Shown: positions 21,770-32,024, numbered from the stretch's first letter. The stretch: DNA of 64,000 nucleotides from Clostridia bacterium (GCA_045636325.1 JAZTXH010000014.1:19637-83636); one strand, 5' to 3'. A program made the numbers and translations. The notes: generated from the letters alone by a model not told the origin.

Positions 21770-22055
21770 AAAAAAAATGCTCCGCCCAAACATTGGGACG
21801 AAGCATAACATTACTACTCCGCGGTACCACCCGCATTTCTCATAAACGAGACACTTTCTGCAATATAACGGTTGCAACCGTCATTTCCTAATAACTAATT
21901 CAAAATACAATTTGGAAAAGAATTCAGAAATGCAACTCCAAAGCGAAAGTTCAGCCATAATCGATTCCAAACGGGCTTCCAGCCAATGACCCGTTCTCTC
22001 TTTGGTCTAAAATTACAGCCTACTGGACTTTTTCACAGTCTTTTCATATTCAATT
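21770..22055 (-). promoter_or_regulatory. T-box riboswitch leader of pheST (Phe specifier UUC likely)
   Basis: The minus strand carries the T-box sequence GCGGGTGGTACCGCG (21820-21834). A terminator follows (ATGCTTCGTCCC/GGGCGGAGCAT plus T8, 21770-21806). There is an AGAGA GA-motif, and a UUC followed by G lies on the 3' side of Stem I (21945-21947). Confidence 0.85.
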
Positions 22056-22061
22056 AAAATA

Positions 22062-22090
22062 AGTATATCACTTAAATCTTAAAATTGCAA
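22062..22090 (-). promoter_or_regulatory. Sigma-A-type promoter for the pheST T-box leader
   Basis: TTGCAA-17 nt-TATACT on the minus strand. Confidence 0.55.
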
Positions 22091-22107
22091 GCTTTTTTTA
22101 TATTTTA

Positions 22108-23304
22108 TTAATATGCCACAAAAACCTGCGTTGCATAATATTTATACTCGGACATATTAGCATAAGCCATGCCCACACCAAAATACTTAAATGCAGGACT
22201 TAATATATGAGATTTCTGTCCCTGTGATTCGATAAAGTCCTCCATTATATCAATCGCGTTGTCTTTACCGGAGGATATATTCTCACCAATAGCAGTCCAT
22301 TCAACATCACTTGTCTCGGTATATCTTTCCAACACGCCCTTGCCGTCAATACCAGTGTGACTGTAAAAATTATGTACAGCCATATCGTCACTGTGATATC
22401 CGGCTATATAACCGGCAGTATCATCCCATCTTAATATTTCACAACCATTTGCAACTCTGAATGAATTTGTCATTTCAAACAATTGCATTGACTGACACTT
22501 AATATATTCCCCACTTGTCTTATCGGCGTCACCAAATAACTCCTTTTTCAACACAAGCACTCCCACCGCTTTGTTATCATCACGATAAACTTTTATGTCA
22601 TATCCAAAAATATTTCTGTCGCTTACATTTGTTCCATATTTTACACCTACATTTGTAGTAAATCCATTAGAAAGAGTATAAAAACCTACAACTATGTCAT
22701 CCTTAACAGCTATCATTTTATAGTTTTTATAATCTGCATTATAAACATACCATTCAAGACCATTTTTACCAATATCAATTCGACCTGGCACAGACAAAGT
22801 ATATGAATAATCGTTTATATGAATAATATTTTCGCCCTGTAGTCGAAGTGCCGGTGCTTCATTCATGTATATTGCGACTCTCTTACTTTCCCCATCCCAA
22901 TATACATCTGCGCCTATACTTTCAGATATATATCTTACAGGTACCATTGTTTTATCAGAAATAATCTGCGCGGGCACCTGAAGCGTAACCTGACTCTCAA
23001 CACCATCTACAAACTTTTTTGCTTCTGTTTTTCCTATAGTCAATATATTTTTGACATTTTCCCTTTCAAGTGTAACAGTCTGCGTTATTTCGTCCCATTC
23101 TACAATACACCCCAGGGCATCACAAATCTCTCTTACGGGAACTACTGTTCTTCCATCAATTATGCACGGAGCAACCGATGTTTCAATTTCAACATCATTA
23201 AGATACACAGAAATTTGGTTTTTATAGTCCGGCGCTGCAGACACCGCAATCGCAAAAAAGGCAAATACTATTAATACTAAAGAGAATATTTTTTTCACGT
23301 ACAT
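22108..23304 (-). CDS. Secreted protein: copper-amine-oxidase-N-like stalk repeats plus C-terminal CAP/SCP (YkwD-like) domain
   Basis: Signal peptide. Repeats of the type DGRTVVPVREICDALGCIVEWD and DKTMVPVRYISESIGADVYWD. The C-terminal CAP pattern is GENIS...HILSPAFKYFGVG. Confidence 0.75.
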   Translation of the reverse strand: MYVKKIFSLVLIVFAFFAIAVSAAPDYKNQISVYLNDVEIETSVAPCIIDGRTVVPVREICDALGCIVEWDEITQTVTLERENVKNILTIGKTEAKKFVDGVESQVTLQVPAQIISDKTMVPVRYISESIGADVYWDGESKRVAIYMNEAPALRLQGENIIHINDYSYTLSVPGRIDIGKNGLEWYVYNADYKNYKMIAVKDDIVVGFYTLSNGFTTNVGVKYGTNVSDRNIFGYDIKVYRDDNKAVGVLVLKKELFGDADKTSGEYIKCQSMQLFEMTNSFRVANGCEILRWDDTAGYIAGYHSDDMAVHNFYSHTGIDGKGVLERYTETSDVEWTAIGENISSGKDNAIDIMEDFIESQGQKSHILSPAFKYFGVGMAYANMSEYKYYATQVFVAY

Positions 23305-23400
23305 ACCTCCTTAAAACATTTGCAAATTTAAATACTTGCACATTTTACCATATCTATTTTTATTTGTCAAGTCCAGTGAATTTTCAAAATATTTTTAATA

Positions 23401-24021
23401 TTATAAACATGAATTAATATATATCTCTGCATCGCAAATAATTTCATCGTATCCAACATCAGGTAACACTTTTATTGCATCATTTAAGCAGACCCATTTA
23501 AACTCGCTTATCTCACTTCCATCTATCTCAGGGTTTTCTTTAAGTTCTGCTAAAAACAGTGTGACACATTTTACATTGCCGTTATGCAATACATATGAAA
23601 GTTTTTTTGAAAAACCAGTATCAATTTTAATCCTTATACCGGTTTCCTCAAAAACCTCACGCTCCGCAGTGCCAACTTGCGTCTCTCCCGGCTCCATATG
23701 TCCTTTTGGAACACTCCACGTTCCTGACTTGTGCTGATGCAAAACAAGATATTCAATTTTCTCGTTTTCATTTATACGATAGCAAATTGCACCACAGGAT
23801 TTTTCGAACGTGATTATATCTTCCACATATGCAAAACGAGGCACACTTACACCATTACAAATAATGGTTTCACCCCACATTCCAGCAGGCCTTACCCACA
23901 CTCCTCCGCTTCCGTAAAGCGCTTTATATATAACCATTTTTTCAAGTGTCTCTGAGTGATTTGCAGTCCCAATTAACTCATACAAATTCCCTTTATAATG
24001 TTTATAAATTCCTTTCTTCAT
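23401..24021 (-). CDS. DUF1653-NUDIX hydrolase fusion protein
   Basis: The N-terminus KGIYKHYKGNLYELIGTANHSETLEKMVIYKALYG is DUF1653-like. A Nudix box GHMEPGETQVGTAEREVFEETGI follows. Confidence 0.8.
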   Translation of the reverse strand: MKKGIYKHYKGNLYELIGTANHSETLEKMVIYKALYGSGGVWVRPAGMWGETIICNGVSVPRFAYVEDIITFEKSCGAICYRINENEKIEYLVLHQHKSGTWSVPKGHMEPGETQVGTAEREVFEETGIRIKIDTGFSKKLSYVLHNGNVKCVTLFLAELKENPEIDGSEISEFKWVCLNDAIKVLPDVGYDEIICDAEIYINSCL

Positions 24022-24150
24022 TTCTAAACTCCTTTTTACTTTTTATACATTGTACCTTACATAAAATTAAAAGTCAACCATAAATATCTTATAGAATCTT
24101 TTATATTGTCATTTTTGTTTCAGTAATTGGTATTAAAAATACGCATAATA

Positions 24151-24200
24151 AAAATCCTGCGTTTTATGCATTATAATTTAAAACGCAGGATTTTTATTAT
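24151..24200 (-). terminator. Intrinsic terminator after spo0A
   Basis: 16-bp stem AAAATCCTGCGTTTTA/TAAAACGCAGGATTTT with flanking T/A runs. Confidence 0.8.
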
Positions 24201-24210
24201 TACTTTATAC

Positions 24211-25020
24211 TTACCTTACCGGAACACTTACAGAACGGTTAATTTTTAACTTTATATGGTCTGCAATCATTGCTATAAATTCTGAATTTGTTGGTTTCCC
24301 CTTATCAGATGAAATACTGTAACCAAAAAGCTTCTGTGCGGTTTCATTATAGCCTCTGTTCCAGGCAACTTCTATAGAATGTCTGATTGCTCTTTCAACT
24401 CTGCTTGGTGTTGTCTTATACATTTTTGCAAGGTCCGGATATAACTGTTTTGTAATATGATTTATCACTTCCATATCGTTAATCGCCATTATTATACCGC
24501 TGCGAATAAAATGATAACCTTTTATATGTGCAGGCACACCTATATCGTGAATTATGTCTGTAACGATCCGTTCAATTTCATAATCAGAATAAAATTCTTT
24601 AATTTGCCGACGTGCATTTTCAGCAACATTTACATTCAAGCCCTTCCCTGAAAACTCTCTTATTCTGTCTGTCAAACTTTCTAACTCAACAGGCTTAATC
24701 ATATAATAATTCGCACCAAGAGCCGTTGCCTGCTCCATTGCATGCTGATGGTAAATTCCCGATAACATCATTACAACAGGTTCCTTTTCAAGACTAGCAT
24801 TTTTTATCTTTTTTAATACCCCAAGCCCGTCGACATAAGGCATAATCATATCCATCAAAAGAACATCTGGCTTAGTTTCAAGAATTTTTTCGTATGCATC
24901 GCGCCCGTTTGTAGCAACTGCCTTTACCTCTATTCCCTCCTGCTCTTTAAGATAATCTTTTACTGAGTTTGCAAAACTTTCATTTCCGTCAGCAATTACA
25001 ACTGAAATTGGTCTTTCCAT
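24211..25020 (-). CDS. spo0A: Sporulation master regulator Spo0A
   Basis: Receiver domain ([14 protein letters not shown]) plus the Spo0A-specific C-terminal signature [18 protein letters not shown] at 25020 follows AAGGAG. Confidence 0.95.
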   Translation of the reverse strand: MERPISVVIADGNESFANSVKDYLKEQEGIEVKAVATNGRDAYEKILETKPDVLLMDMIMPYVDGLGVLKKIKNASLEKEPVVMMLSGIYHQHAMEQATALGANYYMIKPVELESLTDRIREFSGKGLNVNVAENARRQIKEFYSDYEIERIVTDIIHDIGVPAHIKGYHFIRSGIIMAINDMEVINHITKQLYPDLAKMYKTTPSRVERAIRHSIEVAWNRGYNETAQKLFGYSISSDKGKPTNSEFIAMIADHIKLKINRSVSVPVR

Positions 25021-25067
25021 TTTCACACTTCTCCTTTTTTTATTTTTTCTCCATCGGGATTATCCAT

Positions 25068-25096
25068 ATTTTACCATATTTCATTTTGAAAATCAA
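25068..25096 (-). promoter_or_regulatory. Sigma-A-type promoter upstream of spo0A
   Basis: TTGATT-17 nt-TAAAAT with an extended TGg directly upstream of the -10 box. Confidence 0.5.
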
Positions 25097-25219
25097 TAGT
25101 TTTTTCCATTTTTTTCCATTTTTTATTTAAAAAATTTTTTTGCTTAAAAAATCACCACATAATGGCATAAATACAAAAATAATTAATATAATAATTAATA
25201 AATAAAACATACAAAAAGG

Positions 25220-25474
25220 GTGAATAATTTGAATAAATTTTTGCAATGTACTGATTTTTTTAAAAGAAACAAAAAAAAACAATTAAACTTGTATGCTCAA
25301 ACCAATGAAATTCTTTATGATTTACATCACGCAAAAGCTGAACTCGACAGAGCAATGTCTAATTTTTCTTTTGTTACCGATCCCGATTTGATAGAATTAT
25401 ATTCATATCAGATAAAGGCCGCACAGCTTAAATATAATTATCACTTAACCCGAGCAAAAAAACTTACATCATAA
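25220..25474 (+). CDS. yaaL: YaaL/DUF2508-family protein
   Basis: 84 aa with the pattern ...DPDLIELYSYQIKAAQLKYNYHLTRAKK. It sits directly upstream of bofA, as in Bacillus. The start codon (GTG or TTG) is uncertain. Confidence 0.7.
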   Translation: MNNLNKFLQCTDFFKRNKKKQLNLYAQTNEILYDLHHAKAELDRAMSNFSFVTDPDLIELYSYQIKAAQLKYNYHLTRAKKLTS

Positions 25475-25489
25475 AGCACATAAAAAGAG

Positions 25490-25684
25490 GTGTCAATTTT
25501 GAGGCAAAAGATATATTCCGCTTTCTTAAATATTGTCATATCAATATTATTTATTATACTTTTCAATACGGTTTTTCAAACCATAAACCTAAATATCGGA
25601 CTAAACCCTGCTTCTGTAGGAATAATATCTGTTTTGGGCATTCCTGGAATAATTCCGCTGGTACTTGCCGCAATATTTTTTTAA
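25490..25684 (+). CDS. bofA: Pro-sigma-K processing inhibitor BofA
   Basis: Two-transmembrane mini-protein with the BofA motif GIISVLGIPGIIPLV. An in-frame TTG at 25499, 6 nt after GAGGTG, may be the real start. Confidence 0.8.
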   Translation: MSILRQKIYSAFLNIVISILFIILFNTVFQTINLNIGLNPASVGIISVLGIPGIIPLVLAAIFF

Positions 25685-25801
25685 CAGACTATGAACAAAT
25701 GTAAACAATCTGTATATAATAAATGAAAACACTTGATTTTTAATTCAAATCGTAATATACTGATTTTAACGAAAAACATTCCGACAGAGAGGTTATATTA
25801 T

Positions 25802-26176
25802 ATGTTTTGCAAAAACTGCGGTGCCCAAATGTTTGACGGATGTGTTCGCTGCAGTCAGTGCGGAAAAGACCCCAATATTGACTTTGGAACTGAAATAAAG
25901 CGCGAGCAAACCGTTAATCAACCTGAAATAAAACACAAATCAAGAGTTTTAGCCGGCATTTTACAAATTATTTTTCCTTTTTTTGCAGCCGGCAGGTTGT
26001 ATATGGGAAATTATTATATTGCACTTCTGCAAATTTTTGCAGCATTAACATTTAGATTTCCGATTCCTTTTACACTTATTATTCTTCCTGTAGGAGTGCT
26101 ATTTCCCATATATGATGGTATTCGGATATTAACAGGCAGAGTTAATCACGATGCTGATGGTATCCGCCTTAAATAG
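25802..26176 (+). CDS. Zinc-ribbon plus TM2-domain membrane protein
   Basis: MFCKNCGAQM..CVRCSQCG zinc ribbon followed by a TM2-like hairpin (GILQIIFPFFAAGRLYMGNYYIALLQI). ATG at 25802 follows GAGAGG. Confidence 0.75.
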   Translation: MFCKNCGAQMFDGCVRCSQCGKDPNIDFGTEIKREQTVNQPEIKHKSRVLAGILQIIFPFFAAGRLYMGNYYIALLQIFAALTFRFPIPFTLIILPVGVLFPIYDGIRILTGRVNHDADGIRLK

Positions 26177-26282
26177 TCCCCTTACTAATTTGTTTCTCCC
26201 AGACAAATTAGTTTATAATATAATCCCCCAAATATAAAAGAAGATTTTGTGACAAGACAACAACCCTGAAGAATAAAAAATA

Positions 26283-26356
26283 AGGACTTTTTTGAACTGA
26301 CCTCCCAATCGTTAGATTTTTGCTCTAACTTTTTGGGTTCGGTTCAAAAAAGTCCT
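26283..26356. terminator. Long composite hairpin, probable bidirectional terminator between convergent genes
   Basis: 15-bp outer stem AGGACTTTTTTGAAC/GTTCAAAAAAGTCCT with inner CCCAA/TTGGG and GTTAGA/TCTAAC pairings. An A-run lies 5' and a T-run 3'. Confidence 0.65.
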
Positions 26357-26474
26357 CATTTTTTATTTAGCATGCTCATTTTCAAGGAAAAATAAAAATA
26401 TTGATAATTTCACCAAAATTGTGATTATCCACAGTTTCTTTTATTTTTAAAACCAATTCATCAATATTTTCCAT

Positions 26475-27323
26475 TTATCCACAATTATGACTACCTATTA
26501 CTTCACCTGTATACAAATCAACATATACCCATCGTGTATCACAATCTCCATTTTTTACGCCGTAATCAGCTTCAAAACAATGACACAACCTTGCATAATC
26601 GGTATTTTCAGGTGAGAAGCAACCTATGTATGATTTGGTAATTTTGTTTTTATCAAGTCCCGATGCAACAACAGCGTCTTCATAAGAAATCATTTTTTCA
26701 TCTGTATCGTAAGTTTTCAAAGGCGTGTTAAACACATTTGCACTAAGCAGACTGCCATCTGCGCCCGAAATACGCATCCTCACCATTTCAAGATAGTTAT
26801 ACACATCTTTTTCATAACCATCCAAATCAATTTTCTTAGAAAATTCCACCTGCCAGTCATTTCCGCCAAAATCCATTTGCCAGCTGCTTACCTCATATTC
26901 TTTATCAATGTTAAGCTTTTCATAATGCTCTTTAGCAATCTCTATAACTTCATCCACCTTGTCTGCAGTATATACTGCCTTTCCGTCGGATGTAACGCTT
27001 CCACTATCATACTTTTTTAAATTTGCATCACTGTCAAAACTAACACTGATTTTTTTCTCATCTGCCTTAACGCTTACAACAGTAAGCATTTGCTTTGTAA
27101 CATTATCTTCAATTATTTCTTTCTTAATATTCTTTGTGTCATATTCACCCTTATAAAAAACCGAAATCAATTCTTCCGCTTTTATAACAACATCATCTAA
27201 TCTTATATTTGAGTTTTCTGCAGAAATTGTGTCTTTTTTGTATGCTTTTGTTCCTTTTTCTATGCCGCACCCTGTAAATACAGCAACACATAAAATTAAT
27301 AAATAACAAACTATTTTTTTCAT
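26475..27323 (-). CDS. Lipoprotein with PepSY-like C-terminal region
   Basis: Lipobox VFTGC after MKKIVCYLLILCVA. The C-terminal ...VYVDLYTGEVIG resembles PepSY ends. ATG at 27323 follows GAGAGGAAA. Confidence 0.7.
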   Translation of the reverse strand: MKKIVCYLLILCVAVFTGCGIEKGTKAYKKDTISAENSNIRLDDVVIKAEELISVFYKGEYDTKNIKKEIIEDNVTKQMLTVVSVKADEKKISVSFDSDANLKKYDSGSVTSDGKAVYTADKVDEVIEIAKEHYEKLNIDKEYEVSSWQMDFGGNDWQVEFSKKIDLDGYEKDVYNYLEMVRMRISGADGSLLSANVFNTPLKTYDTDEKMISYEDAVVASGLDKNKITKSYIGCFSPENTDYARLCHCFEADYGVKNGDCDTRWVYVDLYTGEVIGSHNCG

Positions 27324-27345
27324 TTTAAGTTTTCCTCTCAAAATT

Positions 27346-28734
27346 TTAATTACTCTTTTTTAATCGTTGCTTAACTGAATCGATAAGACTTTTTAAATTA
27401 ATTAAAACAACAATAAGTGTAATTATGCAGCTTATTAAAAAATGACCCCTACATTCGCTCAGCATCACAAAACATTCCACACTTACCAAGATAACATTTA
27501 AAACAAGCAGTTTATAATCCCAATTAATCTTAATATACTTTCTTGTATCAATAAATCTTATAATAAACATAATTGCGTAACTGATAAGATTGGCAAAAGC
27601 AACACCCATACAACCATGCTCTTCAATAAATGCAAAAGTAAGAATTATATTTAACAGTGCACCTATAAAAGTGGTAACAAAAGTTCTTACACTCTTTTTT
27701 TCAATCATATATACGCTTGTAAGAAAGTTTGCCACACATGCAAAGGTGGATGATATTACTAAAAACGGCATATACTGCCACGCAGAAAAGAACTCTGCAG
27801 ATGCAAATAAGGATGTTGTAATTTTAGCAGAAACAATCAAGCCCGCTGCCATTGTAAATGCAATTCCCTGATATGCAGATGCAATTCTTGAAAAGAAATC
27901 CTGCCTTCCCTCTGCCTCTGAAATAGCTGAAATCTGCCATGCTTCACCAAATATATTTGCAACTATAAGCAATATAGACGGTATTTTAGCTGATACAGAA
28001 TAAATACCGTTTGCTGATACACCTAAAATTGCTGTTATAATAAAACGACTTGCAATATTAATAAACCAATTACAAATAGTATTCGGAATAAGCGGTATAC
28101 TATATTTTAACATTGATTTTGTAAAAGGTTTATTTACACGCTTAAAACTAATATAACGATATAATTTGGCTGTAAAAATCAAAAACAAATTTGCGATAAC
28201 ATCAGTTGAAATCATCGCCCACATATAACCTTCAACACCAAGGTCAAATATCGAAAGAAAAATAATGTTAAAGGTAATAGCTAAAACAGTAGCCAAAATG
28301 CCATCAAAAGCATAAAGCTTAAGGTATCCTAACACCCTTACAAACTGAGAAGTAAGTCCATGTAAAGATGCAACAAAAACATACATAAGCATATATGATG
28401 TATAATCATGTATGACATCAAACAGCCCAATAAGCGGTGAAAATAACAAAACAACTAAAAATCCCAATGTAAGGACTATACTTCCCGTTGTAAAAACCGC
28501 CTTTTTATCAGAACCATTTTCAAGCCCGAATCTGATAACCGCATTATTAATTCCAACTGTTGCTAAAGGAATTAATAAATTACTGGCCTGAACTAAAATA
28601 TCAACCAACCCATATCCATCAGTATTTAATACTCTTGTATAAAACGGCATCAAAACAAACACAAGCAATTTCGAGCCAAATGTTGAAAGTCCAAAAAGCA
28701 AAGTGTTTGCAACTAACTTTTTATATTTATCCAT
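27346..28734 (-). CDS. MOP-superfamily polysaccharide flippase (Wzx/PST type)
   Basis: 462 aa with about 12-14 transmembrane helices. The N-terminus LVANTLLFGLSTFGSKLLVFVLMPFYTRVL is typical of Wzx-like exporters. Confidence 0.8.
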   Translation of the reverse strand: MDKYKKLVANTLLFGLSTFGSKLLVFVLMPFYTRVLNTDGYGLVDILVQASNLLIPLATVGINNAVIRFGLENGSDKKAVFTTGSIVLTLGFLVVLLFSPLIGLFDVIHDYTSYMLMYVFVASLHGLTSQFVRVLGYLKLYAFDGILATVLAITFNIIFLSIFDLGVEGYMWAMISTDVIANLFLIFTAKLYRYISFKRVNKPFTKSMLKYSIPLIPNTICNWFINIASRFIITAILGVSANGIYSVSAKIPSILLIVANIFGEAWQISAISEAEGRQDFFSRIASAYQGIAFTMAAGLIVSAKITTSLFASAEFFSAWQYMPFLVISSTFACVANFLTSVYMIEKKSVRTFVTTFIGALLNIILTFAFIEEHGCMGVAFANLISYAIMFIIRFIDTRKYIKINWDYKLLVLNVILVSVECFVMLSECRGHFLISCIITLIVVLINLKSLIDSVKQRLKKSN

Positions 28735-28769
28735 AAATAAATTTCCTCATTTTCTATTCGTAAAAGCAA

Positions 28770-29654
28770 TTAATTTCTTCTCTCAAGCAAGTAATCTGTC
28801 ATATTAAGCAAAAATTCTGCTTTTTTGCCAAAATCTCGTAAAATATTTTTTGCTTTAGTAGTATAATCATTCAATAAGCTTATTGACTCTTCAACACCAA
28901 TTAAAGATACATAAGTATTTTTATTATTTTCAGCGTCCCCGCCTATTGGTTTACCTAAAACCTCAGCATCACTTGTAGCGTCTAAAATATCATCTTTAAT
29001 CTGAAATGCCAGTCCTACAAAATAAGAATATTCTTCAAGTTTTTTTACATCCTCTTCTCCGGCTCCTGCAAGAATAGCCCCACCGCAAACAGCCGCTGAG
29101 ATAAGTGCTCCTGTTTTCTTAAGCTGGAGCGTTCTTAATGTTTCTATATCAATTTTTTTATTTTCACTGTCAATATCAATTACCTGACCGCCTACCATTC
29201 CATATACACCACTGCAGTCTGCAATATACTTTGCCGTCTTAAAACAGCGCAGTTCGCAACTTTCACTTTTAATATCAAGCATCGTTTCAAATGCAAAATT
29301 CAAGAGTGCATCTCCCGCTAAAATAGCCATGGCCTCACCATAAACTTTGTGATTCGTTGCTTTTCCGCGTCTTAAATCAGAATTATCCATTGCCGGAAGG
29401 TCATCATGAATTAATGAATATGTATGAATCATTTCGATTGCTGCACAAAATGGTGCAACTTCTTCAATTTCATCAGAAAACATTTCATAAGAAGCAAGCA
29501 TCATAACTGGACGAATTCTTTTTCCGCCTGCATCCACACTATATCTCATTGCATCAAAAATAAGCTGAGGAGCCTCATATTTATTTTTCAAATAATCTGC
29601 AAGCCATTTTTCAATACATTTTATTTTTATGGAAAATTCCTCATTAAAATTCAT
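28770..29654 (-). CDS. ispA: Farnesyl/geranylgeranyl diphosphate synthase
   Basis: Both aspartate-rich motifs are present: LIHDDLPAMDNSDLRRG and FQIKDDILD. Confidence 0.92.
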   Translation of the reverse strand: MNFNEEFSIKIKCIEKWLADYLKNKYEAPQLIFDAMRYSVDAGGKRIRPVMMLASYEMFSDEIEEVAPFCAAIEMIHTYSLIHDDLPAMDNSDLRRGKATNHKVYGEAMAILAGDALLNFAFETMLDIKSESCELRCFKTAKYIADCSGVYGMVGGQVIDIDSENKKIDIETLRTLQLKKTGALISAAVCGGAILAGAGEEDVKKLEEYSYFVGLAFQIKDDILDATSDAEVLGKPIGGDAENNKNTYVSLIGVEESISLLNDYTTKAKNILRDFGKKAEFLLNMTDYLLERRN

Positions 29655-29672
29655 ATATGTCTGTTTCCTTTC

Positions 29673-29915
29673 TTATTCTGCTTCAAACTTTTCTTCCGTA
29701 ACACTTCCGTCTTTTCCTGCCAAAAGAATATTAACCTTCTGTTCTGCATTATCAAGCTCTTTATTACACTCTTTTATAATTTTTATGCCCTCTTCAAAAA
29801 GTTTAAGAGACTCATCAAGAGAAATATCTCCGCTTTCAAGCTTTGAAACTATATCTTCCAAAACTAAAATGTTTTTTTCAAAGTCAAGTTTATTCTCATT
29901 CATAAGACCATACAC
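29673..29915 (-). CDS. xseB: Exodeoxyribonuclease VII small subunit
   Basis: 80 aa helical protein (LEDIVSKLESGDISLDESLKLFEEG) directly after xseA. Confidence 0.9.
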   Translation of the reverse strand: MYGLMNENKLDFEKNILVLEDIVSKLESGDISLDESLKLFEEGIKIIKECNKELDNAEQKVNILLAGKDGSVTEEKFEAE

Positions 29916-29929
29916 AGCCTTTCTTTATA

Positions 29930-31129
29930 TTATTCTAACGCCTTGCATCTTTTTTTTCCGTCGTTCATTACTAAATTAAATTCCTGACCACAGGCTATAT
30001 CTTTAGTGATTTTCAATACTTTTCCGTCTTCCTGCATTGCAATTGAGTATCCCCGACCTAAAACAGATAACGGACTCATAGCATCCAGCTTTACGCCATT
30101 TTTCACAAGATTTTGTCTTTTTCTTTCCGTCACAAGTAATATTTCTTTTTCCAATTGTTTAAAAATTGTATCAAATCTTATTCTGTAATCATTCAAAACT
30201 GTTTTAATATCGCGTAATTTAATTCTTTCAATCCGATTTCTTTTTTGTTTTATAATGTTATTCTCAGCTAAAATTATACGCTGATACATATTTAACATTT
30301 TATGCTTTAAGTCAGAAACAGAAACCACCGCAAGTTCAGCAGCAGCTGATGGTGTAGGTGCACGTAAATCTGCCACAAAATCAACAATTGTAAAATCTGT
30401 TTCGTGACCTACAGCAGATATTATAGGTATACGAGAATTATAAATCGCTCTGGCTGTAATTTCTTCATTAAACGCCCATAAATCTTCAATAGAACCGCCA
30501 CCGCGACCTACAATAAGTACATCTGCACAATCCGTCTTATTAAAGTATTCTATAGCTTTACATATATTTTCAGCTGCCCCGTCACCTTGAACTAATGTAG
30601 GATAAACCAAAACCTTAGCATATGGATATCTTCTGTTCAATACATTTATAATATCCCTTACAGCAGCACCGGTTTTAGCCGTTACAACACCTACTGTTTT
30701 AGGATATTCAGGAATAGGCCTTTTATGAGAAGCATCAAAAAGCCCTTCAGATTCAAGCTGTTTTTTTAACTTTTCATATGATTCATAAAGCTCACCTAAG
30801 CCATCGCGTTTCATTTCTTCAATATAAATCTGATATGCACCGTCACGCTCATATACACTTATCTTTCCCCTTGCCATAACCTTCATACCATTTTCGGGTA
30901 CGTATTCAAGCCTGTCGGCAACACCTTTAAACATTACAGCTCTTAAAACTCCGCCTTCGTCCTTCAAAGTAAGGTAACAATGCCCTGAAAAATGCCTTTT
31001 AAAATTGGAAATTTCGCCTTTAATCCATATATTATTAAGAACAGGTGCCGCATCCATCATTTGTTTTATAAACTTATTAACTTGTGACACAGAAACTGTA
31101 TAAATTTTATTTTCCAAAACATTACTCAC
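29930..31129 (-). CDS. xseA: Exodeoxyribonuclease VII large subunit
   Basis: 399 aa. N-terminal OB fold (IWIKGEISNFKRHFSGHCYLTLKD) and catalytic core (GRGGGSIEDLWAFN). Confidence 0.93.
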   Translation of the reverse strand: MSNVLENKIYTVSVSQVNKFIKQMMDAAPVLNNIWIKGEISNFKRHFSGHCYLTLKDEGGVLRAVMFKGVADRLEYVPENGMKVMARGKISVYERDGAYQIYIEEMKRDGLGELYESYEKLKKQLESEGLFDASHKRPIPEYPKTVGVVTAKTGAAVRDIINVLNRRYPYAKVLVYPTLVQGDGAAENICKAIEYFNKTDCADVLIVGRGGGSIEDLWAFNEEITARAIYNSRIPIISAVGHETDFTIVDFVADLRAPTPSAAAELAVVSVSDLKHKMLNMYQRIILAENNIIKQKRNRIERIKLRDIKTVLNDYRIRFDTIFKQLEKEILLVTERKRQNLVKNGVKLDAMSPLSVLGRGYSIAMQEDGKVLKITKDIACGQEFNLVMNDGKKRCKALE

Positions 31130-31152
31130 CGCCCTGAAGGAATTTAACTGAA

Positions 31153-31566
31153 TTATTTTTCTTTTATAACGCCGCTTAAAACGCCGTTAACAAATGCAGG
31201 CGCATCATCAATATCATAAACTTTAGCAATTTCAACAGCTTCATTAACTGAAACATTCTCAGGTATATCTTCCATATATTTTATTTCGTATACTGCAATT
31301 CTCAAAATAGCAAGAGTAACTTTTGAAAGACGCTCCAATGTCCATTCTTTTTTCAAATTACTGCAAATACTCTCATCAATTTTCTGCATATTTTCAAATA
31401 CACCATTTGCAGTGTTTACAATGTAATTATATTGCTTTTTATCACTTTTCTTTAGCTGTGGGTTTTCTTCTTCAAACAATAATACAACATCTGGATAACT
31501 TTCTTTATGTGCAGTTATTTGAAAAACAAGTTTAAATGCTTCTATTCTTGCTTTGCTTCTCGTCAT
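31153..31566 (-). CDS. nusB: Transcription antitermination factor NusB
   Basis: 137 aa with NusB helical pattern (LAILRIAVYEI, EAVEIAK). The nusB-xseA-xseB-ispA order is conserved. Confidence 0.9.
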   Translation of the reverse strand: MTRSKARIEAFKLVFQITAHKESYPDVVLLFEEENPQLKKSDKKQYNYIVNTANGVFENMQKIDESICSNLKKEWTLERLSKVTLAILRIAVYEIKYMEDIPENVSVNEAVEIAKVYDIDDAPAFVNGVLSGVIKEK

Positions 31567-31587
31567 ATATTGCCACCTCCTGTAAAA

Positions 31588-32022
31588 TTATTTCTCCAGT
31601 GCCATAATTTTATCAACTCTGTTTTGATGTCTTCCGCCTTCAAACTCGCCTTCTAAAAAGTTTTTAACCATAGCAAATGCAATCTCAGGACCCGTTGTTC
31701 TTCCGCCCATGCACAATACATTGGAATTATTGTGTGCTCTTGTCATTTTTGCATCATATTCACTATGACACAATGCCGCTCTTATTCCATCGATTTTATT
31801 TGCCGCAATACTTATCCCTATTCCTGTACCGCAAATTAAAATTCCCTTATCACATTCGCCACATAATATTTTATCGCAAGTTACCTTTGCAATATCAGGA
31901 TAGTCAACAGAATTTTTATCAAAACAACCCATGTCAATAAAATCTACGCTTTCTTTCTTTAAATAATCCTTCACAGCTTCCTTTAATTCAAAGCCGCCAT
32001 GATCGCTTCCTATTGCAACCAT
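31588..32022 (-). CDS. rpiB: Ribose-5-phosphate isomerase B
   Basis: MVAIGSDHGGFELK... and ICGTGIGISIAANK are RpiB/LacAB motifs. Confidence 0.92.
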   Translation of the reverse strand: MVAIGSDHGGFELKEAVKDYLKKESVDFIDMGCFDKNSVDYPDIAKVTCDKILCGECDKGILICGTGIGISIAANKIDGIRAALCHSEYDAKMTRAHNNSNVLCMGGRTTGPEIAFAMVKNFLEGEFEGGRHQNRVDKIMALEK

Positions 32023-32024
32023 TT

